A DNA stretch of 58,985 nucleotides, counting the filler, from Catajapyx aquilonaris (lineage: Eukaryota): NCBI GenBank assembly GCA_000934665.2. It is 2 parts of 2 records of this genome, joined end to end, with 100 filler letters (N's around TTAATTAATTAA, not from the genome) between each part and the next. Parts side by side here need not be neighbours in the genome. Positions count along the whole stretch, not along the records: positions 1 to 29,473 come from JYFJ02004798.1; 1 more part is not named here. One strand, given 5' to 3'. Below the pieces are notes generated by a model. The model was not told the origin of the DNA. It saw only the letters and a list, made by a program, of their open reading frames with translations, and searched no databases. Below are positions 1-13,689 of this stretch, piece by piece; position 1 is the first letter of the stretch; the number at the start of each line of letters is the position of its first letter. The position numbers and the translations under genes are program-made.

Positions 1-2779
1 GATGCAACAGAGTGATGGAATGTATGTTTACGGGCATGGGCTAGCTAGTTATGAACAAAAATCCCAAATCCCAGACCAAGGCTAGTTCCCCATTGCCTGA
101 CAATTTTGGTTTCTTCATAAACAACACCGTATGTATGGACATCTCAGTTTTTTCGCGCACATATTTATGTCCTAAAATCTCGTCCAAAAAAATTGGCACC
201 AAGAACTTCAAATTTTGAAAAATTCGCAATTACTCAAATAATAATTATTATACTTTAAAGCTATTTTAATGGGGGCAATTTATTGCACTGGTGCAAAAAA
301 GTAAGCATCAAGTGACGGCACTCATTATCTGAACTGATGAGAATATGAAACATACAGCGGCTTATTCAAAATATATTGACAAATCATTCAAAAGTTCAGT
401 ATTCCAGTTGATACGAATTATGTAATAATTGGATACATCGGGCAAGAAAATGATATCTGACGCAAATGTTCTTTGGACGAGAATTCCATGGGGCGAAATG
501 TTTTGGTGAAAATTGATCGAACAGACAAAAATGGCTATTGCGAAATGCTATATAATCCGAAGGCCACCTCCGCTTCCTTCCACTTCTACTGTTCCTTGCT
601 GTACTGTATATAGAGAAATTGACTGCCTGTATTGCTAAAAATAAACCGTTAGGAGATGAAAGGCCCGCCAAGGGCCACAATACCTAATACCTCCTTACAT
701 GTCGTAAAAATAAAACCAAAAACCGTGCGGATAACAGCCGAGCGAATAACCACTAAAATAGACTGTCACGGTAATTCACTGTGATTTCAACCTTGCCCGA
801 TATAACTACATACAGGGGTCGTACAGTATATGCATGTGAACTTCTTATGTAACGGGTTAGTCCAATAGTATATATGGCTATATTTTGTTACTCGTCAGTT
901 TATATACACGCGCGAAAGGAGGAGGAGGAAAAGGCGGAGGAGGCGGGTAGAAGGAGGAGAATAACCTTATATTAATATATAATTATCTGACAATCAGGCA
1001 TTTCATCCTGCTACTCACGTTACCTTGTATAGGAGGAGCCGGATGGGAGAGGGCTGAGCATCGGCCATTGAGACAAACATATGTTGCCGAATTTTTTCTC
1101 TCATTGCAGGTATGGCCCTCTGGCAGGGTAACAAAACAACAACAAAAAAGCTGCCTATAGCTTAGAACACCAATACGCCTAATTATATAGGTGGTATGGG
1201 GATTAAGCCAGTAAGGTTTTATCCAGCATATTTACTATATACGTATATACGCCTGCACATAATAAGTCTGAACGCTTGCGTGTATATCTTACTAGGAATA
1301 AGGTTTCGTGGCTATTATTACATACACACGAACATTTGCTCAAATAGGAATGGCCCAAGTAATGGGGGTTGCGGGCTTTCCAGGATAGCTGAGGGAGGAG
1401 AACGTATTGGGAGTGGGTAAATGAAGTCATTATTCTGAGACATGTGCCCGGTATTGTATTTTCAGAAGGTTGAAGCATTGCATGATAGTATAAATTATTT
1501 TCATAATTCCGGATTGCTTGGAATATCTTACGGCAGATAAATCCCCATTCTCTAAATTATCAGTCGCCGTAAAGATTACCTAATATTATTGTTACTATAT
1601 TGAAAATGTATATTTGTTTGTTAGGCAGGGCGATATTTTGTGTTTAGAAAGGTTTTCAATAAAAATGATATATTCTACAATACACTTGACCCAAGACTTG
1701 ACCATATTAATTTATCGGACAAGGTTCACTGTGCGAGTCATGTTACCATCAGTAAGTCACAAAAAATAATGTCACGAGCATTTAAATTCCTTTCCCTTTT
1801 CCTCTTACAATCTGAGCATTCTTTTCAGACCTGCAAAACTATGGCGACACAAAATATATTTAAAATTGCGCCAACCTGATTCGATATACAGTACTGTAAT
1901 GAAGACTACTATACAATAGACCTATAACTCTGGACTGACCGAATATAACTTACCTCTCAACAGTGATCGATGTATACAGCCAATACAGGCCGGGCATAGA
2001 CTCTATGACAAGTGTGGTAGAAGGACAAAGTGTATAGGTTTCGCTATGTCCAAACATTACGTCCTTTGTGTATTGTGTGGCATTTATTATTTGTATATCA
2101 TGTAGCCCATATACAGTGTGGAACATAAGGTAGCTCATATTCTCATCGATTGATAAACTGTTGACTCTCCTGACTCATTCGTACGTATCATTTGATTGCG
2201 TCAGTGACATTATGTAATTCCCACCATGAAGAGTTCAATGTGTGATATATGCCCAGAAGAACAGAACACACGACCAGTATAACTACCAAAACATTGCGTA
2301 ACATATTGGCGCAGAAAATCAGGAAGGTAGAGGTTTGATTATCCTTAGCTCAATTTTCTGGTCATTCACCGACACGCGTAACTTATCCCAACGTTTCGCA
2401 TGACATCAGTCTTAAACGCCCGCAGGCTAATAACACGTTTGCAAATTACAGCCGCCTCACCCCACAAAGTGCCGAGAAACAATACGGTCCGGCAACATGA
2501 TTCGCGTCACCTTCCCGGGTCACGTCCTATTCAGTTAGGACCGTCCCATCAGATTCCCCCATCTTCCTGAAAACAATGTGCCAGTTAATGACATGGGGAC
2601 AGCCGAGTGTGGGTTCGATCCAGGTATGGCACGCCCCTATACACTATACACGGGTCCTGGTTGGCGTAATCAAGAAATATGGTTTGTGCTCGTCCATAGC
2701 GTGATTTGATGAAAGATGAGTCTGTATACAAAGAAAAAAAGAAAAAAAATGTAGGACTGAAGAGGAGGGTAGTTTTGAG

Positions 2780-3079
2780 GGTGGAGCGACCCGTGCTGCC
2801 CCCCCTCCCCACCGTCACTCAACCATAGCCCCTCCTCCGGGGTGGAGCATCTGGAACGAGAGGCGTGGCCAGGCGGTCCGCCAACTTCCATCATCCCCAC
2901 AGACACCCCACTTGGCCATTAGCAAAACCGCCGGCTGGCTTCTGGGGTGCCCGTGACTCTTCGGACTCCGTCCCCGGCTAGGAAGCGACACGCACACACG
3001 CACATCCTACGGTACTCACATCACATACAGGGAGCACACACGCGCGCCATGAGCCGAGTCAGCTAGCCGTATCAGCAGG
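2780..3079 (+). promoter_or_regulatory. GC-rich putative promoter/5' UTR of the 3080 exon
   Basis: Sharp rise in GC/CpG content with CA-rich tracts directly upstream of the ATG; based on position and composition only. Confidence 0.3.
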
Positions 3080-3593
3080 ATGGTGCTGGAGTCAGGGGAC
3101 GCTGCGCTTGCCAACGGTGGTACCGGCGGGGCCATCAACGGTGGCACGGGGTCCGCTGGCCATCCCTTCCCGTCACCGCTGTTGTACTCGCAGCGGGCAG
3201 CGGCAGAGGTGTTTATTCGGCTGGCTAGACCCTTGCCGGTCTCGCTTAGCAACCCGCTCGGTACCGTGCCGCCTTTTTCGGCCGCCTTTCGCTTCCCGTT
3301 CCTGCCGGCCTTTGCGGACAAATATCCGCATCAACCTGGGGGCCATCCGCCGCCGCCGCCGCCTCCGCCCCCGCAGCAGCAGAGCTCGCAGCAACAGCAA
3401 CAACCGCCGCCCCACGCTTTTCCGTTCGGCCTGCCCCGCTTTCTGCCCGTCAATGCCCGCTTTCCACCGGCCGCGGCTGCCGCGGCTGCTGCAGCCGCCG
3501 CGGCCAACGCTGGATCTCAGCTTCGGCAGCGACCCGGAAGTCCTCATCATAATCTGTCCTCGCCTCATCATCATTCGCCCCTTCAGAGTAAAG
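3080..3593 (+). CDS. Probable first coding exon of an unidentified gene, with low-complexity composition typical of developmental transcription factor N-termini
   Basis: GC/CpG-rich island in AT-rich DNA. ATG at 3080 opens 171 codons with poly-Pro, poly-Gln, poly-Ala and His-rich tracts. Ends at donor AAAG|gtaggc (GT at 3594, phase 1). No DNA-binding domain seen in the window. Confidence 0.65.
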
Positions 3594-3906
3594 GTAGGCT
3601 CATATGCTACATACAGTGATGCTGAAATATGCTGCTATGACACCCGTAGCGTGCGTAGGCCTCAGGTGTGACGGGCAGATGACGTGCTGGTCATTTATCA
3701 ACGTGTTGTTTCTTCCACCGGCTGTGGAGAACATGGTCTTTATAGGGTTGACATGTGTAGGCTATACTTGTAATTGCTTTCTCGTTACTTGTTCATAATT
3801 GCAATGCCGGCTAACTTCAAAGGTAGAGCCTGTGCAATATTTGTCATACTACCGCACAGTTCTCGGACACTTTTCTTTTGTGGCTAACTTTTCCGTGCTA
3901 ATTTTA

Positions 3907-4194
3907 TAAGGGTGGTTACTCATTTTGGACAGCGTGATTTCTTGACATATTGCAAAACCAGGACTAATATTGGAGTGTCCTGTTGGTTTTGATGCTCACC
4001 CTCCACATAACTAAGCTAACTAGTATAGTAGAATCCCTATATTATTCACATGGAAATATTACCAAAAATTGCATACCGCCGGGCCCTGTGTATCGACTTT
4101 TAGCCAGAACTGTTAAGTATTCAGGTTTCTTGTAGTATAGGCCAAGAAATCACCCTGCCCAACCCATTAGGCAGTAGAATACTGACCACCCTGT
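3907..4194. mobile_element. Degenerate Tc1/mariner-type MITE
   Basis: Ends ta-AGGGTGGT ... ACCACCCTG-ta resemble TA-CAGGGTG mariner-like termini; the left end is imperfect. Confidence 0.3.
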
Positions 4195-7100
4195 ATAATT
4201 AAGTAACATTACTAATAGATAAATAATAATAACGGGGGTTCCCTGCCCTGTAATGATTTACCTGATTAACGTCATTTTATGAGCAAAAATACAACAAATA
4301 TTCACTCGCTGTAATTCTGCATTTTGCAACAGAACGTGTGTAAATCAGCATATATCGACAAAAACTGAAATTACTTATTGCAGCACATCCTTCCCTTGGC
4401 AAAAAAAGGAGAGTTTCTTACACTGTAAAACATATCTGCATCTGAGAAGGTCATTTCAAGGAAGTGCTAAATCTATTAAAACTCGTGATGAGCATGTAGA
4501 ATATATGTTGCATAGCCTATATACATAAACATCTTTGTACTTATGCGGCTCGTATAGGCCTGCCGATAGTGAAACTTTTATTACACGTGACAAAAAAATT
4601 CCCGAGCAGCTTCTTAACTGATTTATTAGAAACGATTTCAAAACAGCAGGAAATCAACTTGTGTGCGAAGAGCTTCCAAAAAATATTACAGACATTGCAT
4701 AAATGTAATAAATTTTACTGCGCTTAGTTAATTCATTCGCGACTACAATAATTTACAACTGTTCATATATTTACGGGCCGTTTCAAAAGTATTTATAATA
4801 CACAAGGTCAGTTGCTGCTATGACACCAACAGTCACTAAGGAATTGGAATATAATTGCGGAAATTACTGATCTCTGTAATGTTGGCTTGCCTGTAACAAA
4901 CGCGTGAGAATGAAGCTTAACAATATTGCATCAGAGCATGCGCACAAAAAAATATATGCACACGCAAAAAAAAAATCACAGTGCATACACGTCACACAGA
5001 ATCTTCAAGAAACTCAACCATAATATGAAACACCCTAAACTTTTGTTAACCTCAACCGAGATTCGAGTGGGCAATAGGCCCACTCATTTCCATCGTTGCC
5101 ATCTTCATTCCAGTTAATTTCAATCTCCATGACAGTTCCTTATAACACGCACCAAGAAACCCCGAGCGCGGCTTCATATTTACAGAGGCATGAGATAGCG
5201 ACTTTTCGAGCCTGATGGCAAAATGCCAGGCTCCCGGAGGAGCTTTTGTTAGGCCACATAAAGCCATTGTTGTGGTCGCTTCTTGACCACAACAAGTGAG
5301 GCGGGTGTGAAAGGGGGTATTTTTTTATTTTTCATTTTCTTGAATCACAGGCAGGTGTCAGGTGCTGAGGTGCCCATTTGTGTAGCAACACTATTCAATC
5401 CGGCCATGACCAAAAAAAAAAACCTTTACTAACACCCTTGTCCCTCCTCCCAAATGTGTCGGCATGAGTTTATTTTCCTAGTGACAGCTTCATTAACTAA
5501 CACTTCCTACATTTACAAGTAGGCAATGTTCTACCAAGCATGAGAATAGTTACATGCCTATTCAGATCTGTTAATTTTCTTGCGTAACAAACATTGGTGG
5601 GAAAGGGGAGAGTAAAAAAGTCGTAAGCGCACGCAAATAGATTCAAGTGTGTCTAGTAATAGAGCCATTATAAGAATGCGGTTAGGATTGTACAATGCAC
5701 ATACTGTAAGAAAAATATTTGACTTATGCGCATCACGTGTTACGTAAATTATTTGGCAGAGTTTTATATTAAAAAACAGGTATAATTTATAGAATAATGT
5801 ACGTCGCTCACATTGCGACTTTTATGGGGGATTGTAACACGCCCTTGTAACTACAGTTGATGTCACGCGTGATAACACGGCAAATTATGCAATTCGCATG
5901 AAGGTAACACGGCTGCTGAGAAAATAAATTGCTATATCTATAGGCCTGTAACTTTAGAGTAGGCTACACGAAAATCAACGTCTCATAAGATTGTAACTCC
6001 AATTTCATCATGCTATATACAGTACCATAATTTGTTTAGTACCCTAAGACTAGGGAATTTTTAAAGAGAGGCTTAAATACAATGCAATCAGTATATAAGA
6101 GGATCAGTTGTATTTTTCGAATTTATCATATGGTATCTGAAATAAATAAGCTAATGCAAGTGAGTATAAATATTATCTGGGCGCAAGATCACGCATAATG
6201 AGACCGATAAACGTCCGTTACATATATCAATTTCGAGTGAATTGCTTCTGGACCAAGCTGGAGCTAGCGATACAATTCCCGCGGCTCAATGTAATGTACG
6301 AAAACAACAAATGGAAATGTCATCACAGATTGTACTTTATAGGGAAGGGGGGAACTGAGAGGGACAGTGCTGCTGAGATCAATTTCCGCAGAATTCTATT
6401 CGGAACCTGAATATCATACATGGTGGGGATATAGGAGGAGGGTTGGGGGGAGAGGCAGAAAATCCTCTGTTTCATGTACGGTTCTTCCAAATATTGCTTC
6501 CAAATTTCCACTGAATATATACGTTACATCTAATTTTGTGTTTCCATTTCACCAGCAGAACCAGTGAAAATTTCCAATTCGAGATGTGCTTCCTCGTCTT
6601 ATCGGAAAATTCCCATCAGTTTCACAGCAACATTATGCAGGAAGACTGGTTGATTCAATAATTGCTTATGCCTTGAAGCATACATACCAGTACGGCGGTA
6701 TATAATTTGGGCTCAAACCCAGATAATTTGCGGTTCTCACTGGTACTCTCAAAATGATCCTGGGCCATTGTTTACGAGAATTGCACGAGGTGTTATAGCA
6801 GTTACAAACTGTGTACCTTAAATGGTTACTTCGTAGTTAAAATCAACATTATATAGCACTTGGGAGGGATTTGTGAATCACCACTGCGTATGTGCACCGT
6901 GTTGGTCAGGTCCCTTTATAGGTCAGAGGCAATGACCGTTATGGATTAATCATACTACTACTGGTATACGTTCCGAGTGAGTTTGCAATTCCCCGCAGTC
7001 TGCACCACAAATAGCTTTATACATGAGACGGAATTAAATCCGCTCATGACATAATTAGCCCTGTAATGTACATCTTATTACAAATGTAATTTTAAAATAA

Positions 7101-9959
7101 TCACAGTGGAGCGATGTGAAATAAAAGTTGTTTAAAAGTCATGAGAGAAGTCTCGTGGGCATTTATTGTTGCCATCATCAAGTCGGTGCCTCGTCGATAC
7201 GGTGCCAAGTTCTAGTAATTGAACTTGTTCATAGTGCAGTAAAAATTATGCATCTTTAGATATCAGTTTTTTTAAACAACAATGTGACCTTCGAATGTCA
7301 CCATGTTTGTGCGCTGTCATGTCATTTTAATATCTCGCCTGGAAACATTTGTGTACATATAGAGTACATTAATAGGCTGAGATTATCCTACGTACACCAT
7401 ATAAAATGAAGAATCGACAAAACAACACGACGGTATACTCTTAGCGCCAGCGCGTGTTTACGACTCTTGACGTGTACGATATATAGGTCCCCTGCTGCCT
7501 ATGAATGACAAAGACAATCTCTTATCACGTAGAACTTATACACTTAGGCCATGTGTGTTTGTAAGAAATAACAACAAATTTATATAAGCTTAAATAAATT
7601 GAGTGTTTTCAGAAATGAAGCACTTCCTGCTACAATGACAACCGAGTATTGTTGAAAATAATAACATAAGCGCCAATATGTCAGAATTGTGATATTATCA
7701 TTTCGTCGCATTTCCAACACACAGTGGCCTGCTTTCAGGCAGTGGTCGCATTTCCACAAAATAATATCATCAAATATTAGAAGAGATGACACGCCTACAA
7801 TAAAAATGCCACTAAAAGCAAACATCATGATAGTGGCTGCCGTATGTCCATTGCACAAAAAGGTTTAATATCATGTCCTCTTCCTGAATGGCCACAACAA
7901 GGGGGAGAAGAATGAACTTGGGTGTACGTTAGTGTACAAACAATGCATTGTTAATATCAACTGCAACTTGAGTGACCACATGCACATGTTTGCATAGGCG
8001 TTTTCATTTCCTGTACATTTCTTCTGTGCAACACGGTTTTCTATTGAACTCCAAAAAAGTCATAGAACCATGCAAGCAGGAAGCGGGGCCTGCAACAATT
8101 ACACCAATTTGCCAATTATTGACACACGATTCGCAGAGCGCGCTACAAATTCAAATGCAGAAAATGAGAAAAGGTCCGGAAGGGTGGTGGGGGGGGAGGA
8201 GTTTTCCCATGTGAAGTCGCTTATAATTAGTCCATTATTATTTACAGTGGCAAACATTATTTATGAAACGAAGGTAATTTTCAGCATTTGTGCCTGGCCC
8301 GAGGGAGCATGCAACATGGACGCCTGGGGATGGCCCCCGCCCGGCCGAAAACCACTTGTAACATTCCCCGCCAGACTCTCGTCATGGTTACCCTCCCGGT
8401 CCTTCCCACCCTGGCCGCAAAAAGAAAATCGCCAGCTCATTTGCACCACTTGTGGCGGTGGTGGTAAGACGGGGTGGGAGGGTTATCACTTGCGTTTATC
8501 CCTCAAGTTCAGCCGCATACAGTAGAGGGAATAGTCAGAAAAGAAAGAGTGCAGTGCTGGGGAGTTGTGGACCATAAGTTCTATGAAATATATCTGAAAA
8601 TGTATGGATCGTTAATTTTTCGATTTAAAAAAATCTATGACGTACTTTTCATATGAGTTAAATGACCATGAAGGTTTCACAGGGAGAACCAACGTTGCGG
8701 AGAGGCACAAAAGTGTCGTTCTCAAAATACCACAACCGCAACTTAACGTAAACCTATGCATAAAAATGTCGCGTTGTTGGTGGTAACATTCGCCAAGAAA
8801 AATACAACAACAATGTATTTAGAAAAAATAAACAAATAAACTCCGAATATCGTTAAGATATACCGGTAGGCTTACTTTTGGCGGAACGCGCAAAATGAAT
8901 TTTAGACTCTATCGTGCATTCAGGATATCTCAATTTTCAGGATTATGTAGACCTATCTATTTTTAGAAAGAGTTGAGAGGGGAGTGTCTTGGGACTGATC
9001 GTAGCAACAAAAAATCCCGCCTTAATCTATGAAAATATATATGATAGATAAGTAATACACTTAACGTATTATGCCACCATATGCCACACTCAATTCTCCA
9101 AGGCGACGGACTTGATTTTTTTCCGTAATAATGGAAATAAAAAAATAAAACGTCGTAGGTCAATAAACCCATGAGGGCTTGACCCGGAAGACTGTTCCGT
9201 TGCCGATGCTATCATTCGACTAGTGATAGCGTCCCCAACCCCTCTTTGGAGATACGCTTCCCAAGGGTCATCAAGAAACTGGAAACTGTTTTGGGGTACA
9301 TATGTTTCCCAGATTTGTAATATTCAATCAACAGATCCTGACAGTTGTCTGTTTATATAGCTTGGAATTCGGGCACGTTCTGACAGAATAGGGAGTTGCA
9401 CTGGATGTCACTCACTGGCACATATATTGAAAATAAGCCATGGACGGGCATTAGCCTCAATAACTGCGCTATCAGTCAACTTGGATATTTTTGTTGAATT
9501 TTTAACAGACCTGGTCAAGCTGGAATTCGATTAGGCCTACGCTAGCGTAGGAGACCTCACTTGGTTGCATTTGATCGTTTCTTTGACACAGACTGATTCG
9601 AAAGTGTCTGCCAGTCGTTCAAAACGAGGCAATATATGGATATCCAATGATAACAGTTACTATCAGACGCAGCAATATTTTTTAAACTAAGCCGAAATCT
9701 TGGTTACCAACCTAACAACACAGTATACGCAATATTTGCATGATTTCTAGCATAAGAATTTTGATGTCACACTGTGAGCATACCGACAGCAAACACGCAC
9801 GAGAATCCGCTATTATCTGAGTCAAGCATCCTTTACTTATGAATATGCGCATAAGTATACCTAGAGACCCAATTATCTGATTCAAGCATCCTTTTCCAAA
9901 ACACAGAAAAACAAGGGCAATGACAACGATATGATATTACGGCACAACTCAGCCCGAAA

Positions 9960-10032
9960 GCCCCTGTAGTTTAATGGCAGAACGCACGCTCGGTTTCGAG
10001 TGTGGATCTGGGTTCAATTCCCAGCAGTGGTA
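9960..10032 (+). pseudogene. tRNA-like element (tRNA pseudogene or SINE head)
   Basis: Acceptor GCCCCTG/CAGTGGT-A, D arm GTTT-AATGGCA-GAAC, T arm CTGGG-TTCAATT-CCCAG. The anticodon arm is abnormal: 8-bp stem CACGCTCG/CGAGTGTG with a 4-nt loop. Confidence 0.55.
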
Positions 10033-10752
10033 CAAGGGCTCGAGTTAGGCCTGACACAGACACCCACACCACAAAAGCAGGGGGTTTGAAATCGATAATG
10101 TCAGTATCAAGTGTGACAAACTGTGACAGTCCTTTATAATCGAAATACCCCGAGTGTCAACTGTCGAGGGTAGGTTGAATTCAGTGGAGTCGAGTGCAGG
10201 GGGCCTAACTATATCAAACTATATATACCTCCCACCCGATTCCCCCCTCNNNNNNNNNTCTGCCCCCCCCCCCCACTTCCCCTCCCCCACAAATGAGTCC
10301 CTGGCGTGTAACAAGCAGAGGAGACTACCAAGCAGAGAAGACATCACTCATGATCGCACAAGGAACGCTCTTCAAATCCCATTTCGGGGGCCTTTGTTGG
10401 TGACACTGTCGATTAGAAGTTTCAGGGTACACGTGGCTAAAACTCTGACCTTTTCGATAGAACTTGCAAGTGGAAAGACTCATGATAACAGTAGTTAGGG
10501 GTGACGTTTCAGGGCTGGAATGCCTGTTGTATATAGTAACAATTTATATCCGACAATAGTTCAAGGTTGGGCATATTTTTGGTGTTTTGTCAGCGTATAT
10601 ACAATATATCTTGCTTGCATCCATAAATGTTTAACATCAATAACATTGAACTGAGATTTCATAAAAATCAGGTTGCTGTATATTCAGTTGCAGAATATAT
10701 CAAGTCACTGTATAATGTAACAGGGGCTTGAAGTTGATGCACGCGACACTGT

Positions 10753-10797
10753 CTTGTGAGTTACCTTATAACTTGTGAGTAACCTTATAACTTGTGA
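10753..10797. repeat. 19-bp tandem repeat
   Basis: CTTGTGAGT(T/A)ACCTTATAA, about 2.4 copies. Confidence 0.8.
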
Positions 10798-11091
10798 ATA
10801 TGAAACTTTTGCTCACAGCAACTGTATATGGCACAGAAAAATAAGCCCTGAATTCATATTCTTGTCTTTACTGAACGCCAACTACTGTATACCTTGGTGA
10901 TCATGGGCGTAAAGTAACCGATCAACATTCGAACGGTAATTTTGAGGGTATCAAACACACACTTATGTATCATACATAAAGTTATACAGTTTAAATATTG
11001 ATATAGTAAAGAGCATAATTAATAAAAACCAGTAAAATAGAATGGCCATGAGTAGTTTTATCTTAGGCCAACTGGTATCGAGTTGAAAGTA

Positions 11092-11695
11092 CAGTAAAAC
11101 TTCTATAAGTCGAATCTCCATGGGACCGGAAAAAATTCGAGTTATAGAAGATTCGAGTTAGAGAAGTTTGGCTTTTTAAATCACAGAACTCTGTATAAGG
11201 ACGCCTATACCTTTATATCCAGCGACGTAAGGTGTTCAAAACTTAAAAATAACTGTCACTATTACACTTACAATGTTCCTCATTGTTTTGCTGTAAAAAA
11301 AAGTCTCCGTAATGGACATTTGCCTACTCTTAGATTCAAGGATTCAATTGTCACAATCGAGTCAAACACTTCTTTCGGTAATGTCTGGTAGACGGAGATC
11401 AGGAAATTGAGCCTTTCTGTACATGTGGCCTACTCTCGACCCTTCGGCTGGGACATGAGAAAATTTTCCGTTACTCGCCAACATGAACTTCGACTTAGGG
11501 AGACTGAAAATGCATTGATATCCCATCGTAAGGCCCTTGCCTGCACTTCGAGTTATGGAGGAACTTCGAGTTATAGAAATTCGAGTCAGGGAAGTTTATT
11601 TTCTATTATTTTACATTGTGACCAACCAAGCTCATCATTTTCTTCGCCTTATAGAGTACATCGACTTAGGGAAGTTCGACTTATAGAAGTTTTAC
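11092..11695. mobile_element. Tc1/mariner (pogo/Tigger-type) MITE
   Basis: ta-CAGTAAAACTTCTATAAGTCGAA at the left, inverted TTCGACTTATAGAAGTTTTAC at the right (last bases lost), subterminal TTCGAGTTATAGAA repeats. Confidence 0.8.
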
Positions 11696-13357
11696 AAGCA
11701 TGATTTTTCAGATTTGCATGGGACTTCACAGATGATATCCCGTCACGGCGAATATTATTTTCATGCTTACTAGTGGAAAGTTCAGATGCTTGAAAATTTT
11801 CCTTTGACATCTAGTGGAAAAACCACATTGGATTTTTGGGGGTTCCTATTTTTCATTATTCCGTAGGGTGTCTCCATATAAAAAGAAACGGAAGTCTTGC
11901 ACCATCATATAGGCGGTCCCGAAAAAAGTACTTTAAAAAAAGAAATGGTATATGAGAGAAAGGGACTTGGGTGCACAGTATCAACCACCGTAACCAAACC
12001 ATCACAATATGATATATCCTGCACATTCCGAATCGCAGTAGAAGTTGCACGAACCACTTCACGTCATGTACCGGTACCATGCGCGTGTGTATACAGTAAA
12101 TTTTTTCTTATCAGACGTTCATGTGTCACTTGAAACAGCAGGCATCTCCTCGATGGATTCTTATTATAGCTACTTGATGTAACAGAGAGTATATAGTGAG
12201 CGACGTTTGCGCCCACACGTTTCAAGAATTCTATTTAGTAACCTCTGCTATTTTGGCCGAAAAACATCTCACATGCTGCATTTTCAATGCCCTTTCTCTT
12301 GAAACACAGTCAAATTTTGTCCGCTGTTACTGAGTAGCATTTTATGCTCTATCGCCTGCTAATGATTCATAATAAGCTGATTTAATGCCTTTAAACATGT
12401 AAGTACTTTCGATTATCTCAAAACTGGTTTTTTGAACTTGGTGCATCCCCACTATATCCGCATTCACAAATATTCCTTCGTAGACAGGTAAAATCGGACC
12501 ACTTCATGTCTTCCCCAAAGACTGTATAGTCATAGCCGTTCCAACCCCACCGAAAATAGGATGCATCAGCAACTTTGAACCCGAACTCCATCTGCCATCC
12601 AACTGAAATCGCTCACATATAAACTTGGAGTAACGCCGATGAATCTCATTCGACTGCCCAGCTCAAAAATGGCCGTCGGATTGAGGTGCGATAAAAAAAA
12701 ACACACACACTGGCGATTTTGTACCATAAAGCATATACGCGCGCTTAACAAAGCACCAGATTTGTTACGAGGCTACAAGAATGTGCCCCCCACATCCCCC
12801 CCAACCCCTGTTTCCCCCCACCAGCCTTTGGCCATCTTCCGTATCAAGCCTCGCTCCATTGACTCTATTCAGCCGTGTAAAGGCCCATTTTGTACGCGGC
12901 CAATTAACACCGGCCACAAGCAGGGGCTGTAAAGATGTGTGTCAATGACGCTCAAATAAATTAACCTCCACAGCAGCTTAAAAGATGGCGCTCTTTTTTC
13001 AGGAAGGGGGGGGGGGGGAGGGGAGCCGTGAAATATTGGGGAGAGAAATGGTGGAGGTGGAGTGGTGGAGGTTTAAATTGCACATAAACAGAGGTGCTAG
13101 ATGATGTTGTGTAAAATTGCATGCAACAGGTTCGGAAATGTTTTATTGAAGGGACGGAAAGTTGGTAGTGACAATGAGCATTCAAAAGCCAAGTTTGCAT
13201 GTCTAAGACGGTGTGAATTTTAGGTTATAAAGTGATGATAGACGTTTTAAAAACTTGGTGAATTGTTTGCGCAATAGCTAGCGGTTGTCAAGTGTGAGTT
13301 TTTCACAGGGAAATATTATTTATTAGTTACATGCAAAAACTAGTTTTTGCTAATTCT

Positions 13358-13689
13358 TTTTTTTTAAAATTTACCCCGTGATGACCTGTTGGGTCTATAG
13401 GGGGTGGTGGATTACCACCATTGGTATTTGTTTTGGAGCGTGTAAGAGAATCTTATGAATTACTCCAAGGGTTGGTAGGAGGGGATGTGCAAAGTGCATG
13501 TGCGCTGTCGTTAATTGGTCATTTTGTGAACTCCCCCGGGTGGATTAGTCTTTAGGAAATTTCCACCCGAAATGAAGCCAGAGATGGCCCAACTCTGCAC
13601 GGATAAAGGTGGGAACCCCGGGTGGAGATTGAACCCGGGACCTTCATATCCGTGGGCACACGCGTTACCGCGACGCCACTTCATCTCCC
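13358..13689 (-). mobile_element. tRNA-derived SINE, family 1, poly(A) tail type
   Basis: Minus-strand A box TGGCGTCGCGG and B box GGTTCAATCTC. Homologous to the 25402 and 38893 copies. Flanked by a 17-bp TSD TAGTTTTTGCT(A/C)ATTCT at 13341 and 13690. Confidence 0.85.

Noticed and set aside
330..368. Possible minimal hammerhead ribozyme (CTGATGA...GAAA with TGAA/TTCA)
   Set aside because: Stem II and stem III cannot form.
3108..3671. Overlapping alternative-frame and antisense ORFs over the GC-rich exon, and likewise over the SGSM, calmodulin-like and ankyrin exons
   Set aside because: Shadow ORFs expected from high GC and codon bias.
8070..8525. 151-aa ORF
   Set aside because: No recognisable motif, no coding-like composition and no convincing splice signals.
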